A stretch of DNA of 61,607 nucleotides, counting the filler. It is 4 parts of 4 records of this genome, joined end to end, with 100 filler letters (N's around TTAATTAATTAA, not from the genome) between each part and the next. Parts side by side here need not be neighbours in the genome. Positions count along the whole stretch, not along the records: positions 52,134 to 61,607 come from DRR723986_812; 3 more parts are not named here. One strand, written 5' to 3'. The notes beneath the pieces were generated by a model. It was not told the DNA's origin, made no database searches, and saw only the letters and a list, made by a program, of their open reading frames with translations. The position numbers and the translations under genes were made by a program. This document shows positions 60,226-61,607 of the stretch, one piece after another (positions within the stretch are counted from its first letter, which is position 1; each line of letters opens with the position of its first letter).

Positions 60226-61139
60226 GCTGCCCGCCTGCGGGCAAGGACTACAAGCGCGATCCCCACGATCAGCATCGGCAGCGACAGGATCTGCCCCATG
60301 CTCATTCCGATGGCGGGCGAGAGAGAGATCACAAACCCAAGCGGGTTGCCTTCGGTGATGAATTGGGGATCGGCCTGACGAAACAGCTCTACAATGATGC
60401 GCGCGATGCCGTAGCCCGCGAAAAAGACCCCCATCGTCATGCCCGGCCGCGTCAGCGCCCCGCGCCGGTAGGCCAGCCAGATCAGCAGCGCGCCAAGAAC
60501 CAGCCCCTCCAGCGCGGCCTCATAGAGCTGCGAGGGGTGCCGGGCGCAATAAAGCGCCCCGTCGATGGTCACCAACCCCTCTGGCCCCGCGCAATCCTGC
60601 GCCGCGCTGCCGGGGAAAATCACCGCCCAGGGCAGGTCCGAGGCGCGGCCCCAAAGCTCCGCATTGATGAAATTCGCGAGCCGCCCGAACAAAAGCCCCG
60701 GCGCGGTGCACAGCGCCATCAGGTCGCCCGCCTGCGCCATCGGAATGCCCTGCCGCCAGCAAAAGAGCGCCCCACCGATCACAACCCCCAGAAATCCGCC
60801 ATGAAAGGACATGCCGCCCTGCCACAGGATCAGGATCTCGCCCGGATTTTGCAGGTAATAGCCGGGCTGATAGAACAGCACATAGCCAAGCCGCCCGCCC
60901 GCGACGATGCCAAGGATGATCCAGGTCATCAGCCCTTCCAGTTGTTCGCCCGTCATCGGGGCGGTGCCCTTTGGCCAAAGTGCGGGTCGGCGCAGGGTGA
61001 CCAGCGCCAGACGCCAGCCGAGAAGAATGCCCACGATATAGGCCAGCGCGTACCAGCGCAGGGCGAACTCCATTCCGCCAAGCGTGATCGAGAAGATCTC
61101 GGGCGAGATTTCGGGGAAGGGGATCGCGGCTGGCAGCAT
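60222..61139 (-). CDS. lgt: Prolipoprotein diacylglyceryl transferase
   Basis: RWYALAY, GGRLGYV, GGMSFHGG, GRLANFINAELWGR, HPSQLYE. Confidence 0.98.
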   Translation of the reverse strand: MLPAAIPFPEISPEIFSITLGGMEFALRWYALAYIVGILLGWRLALVTLRRPALWPKGTAPMTGEQLEGLMTWIILGIVAGGRLGYVLFYQPGYYLQNPGEILILWQGGMSFHGGFLGVVIGGALFCWRQGIPMAQAGDLMALCTAPGLLFGRLANFINAELWGRASDLPWAVIFPGSAAQDCAGPEGLVTIDGALYCARHPSQLYEAALEGLVLGALLIWLAYRRGALTRPGMTMGVFFAGYGIARIIVELFRQADPQFITEGNPLGFVISLSPAIGMSMGQILSLPMLIVGIALVVLARRRAA

Positions 61140-61253
61140 CTTGGGCCTCGTCTGCTCGGGTCGGTGTTTGGATGGCTGGCCCCTGCGGCGAAGTCAACCT
61201 TGATGCCGGGCCTCTGCGGGGCCATATGAGGGTCAAGCGACAGGAGGCCCCTT

Positions 61254-61502
61254 ATGCAGACCCGCAACAAGTTCATGGAAGATATGTCCCAGCTGATGAC
61301 CAACGCCATGGGCGTTGCGCAGGGCGCAAAGGACGAGGCCGAGACGGCCATGCGCTCGCTGATGGACCGCTGGCTGGCCGACCGCGATTTTGTCACCCGC
61401 GAAGAATTCGACGCGGTGCGCGCCATGGCCCAGAAGGCCCGCGAGGAAAACGAAGCGCTGAAAGCCCGCATCGCGGCGCTGGAGGAGAAGGCGGGCGCGT
61501 AA
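61254..61502 (+). CDS. ubiK: Ubiquinone biosynthesis accessory factor (BMFP family)
   Basis: DFVTREEFDAV...ARIAALE, divergent from lgt. Confidence 0.88.
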   Translation: MQTRNKFMEDMSQLMTNAMGVAQGAKDEAETAMRSLMDRWLADRDFVTREEFDAVRAMAQKAREENEALKARIAALEEKAGA

Positions 61503-61607
61503 TTCAGCGCCTGCTTATCGGTTTTATTTCCTGCTTATTGCTTTTGCGTGACAACGCACCCGTTTTCTTGAACTGAGGCGGTTTCGCCGCGCTTTGCGCG
61601 TCGACCG

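Overview
The window is four unrelated draft contigs joined by 100-nt artificial spacers (44 N + TTAATTAATTAA + 44 N), so gene adjacency across the spacers means nothing. Contig 1 (1-25228) is alphaproteobacterial core genome, probably Hyphomonadaceae-like: pnp, rpsO, truB, rbfA, infB, ylxR, nusA, rimP, cspA, trmB, lnt, corC, ybeY, phoH, miaB, an amino acid symporter, glyoxalase, an ada-like gene, GST, SDR and a probable mcd. Contig 2 (25329-41472) is a visibly lower-GC metal-homeostasis island. It has a CadR/ZntR-type MerR regulator with two clear MerR-type promoters, a transglutaminase-CDF-methyltransferase operon, a SCO-DsbB-DsbA-PCuAC-SCO-M23-DUF411 operon and a P1B ATPase. It also holds the most interesting unit: an MntR/DtxR regulator divergent from an atypical di-heme cytochrome c gene and a PhnDCE-like ABC transporter. 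The binding protein of that transporter has its oxyanion-binding motifs replaced by His/Glu/Tyr/His, which suggests an undescribed metal-cation uptake/redox system. Contigs 3 (41573-52033) and 4 (52134-61607) look like Rhodobacteraceae chromosome (fghA, TetR, mbfA with an ICE box, trxB, Lrp, pgeF, lgt, ubiK). Three small proteins missing from the ORF track were found in contigs 2-4. All family assignments come from motif recognition; no database search was run.
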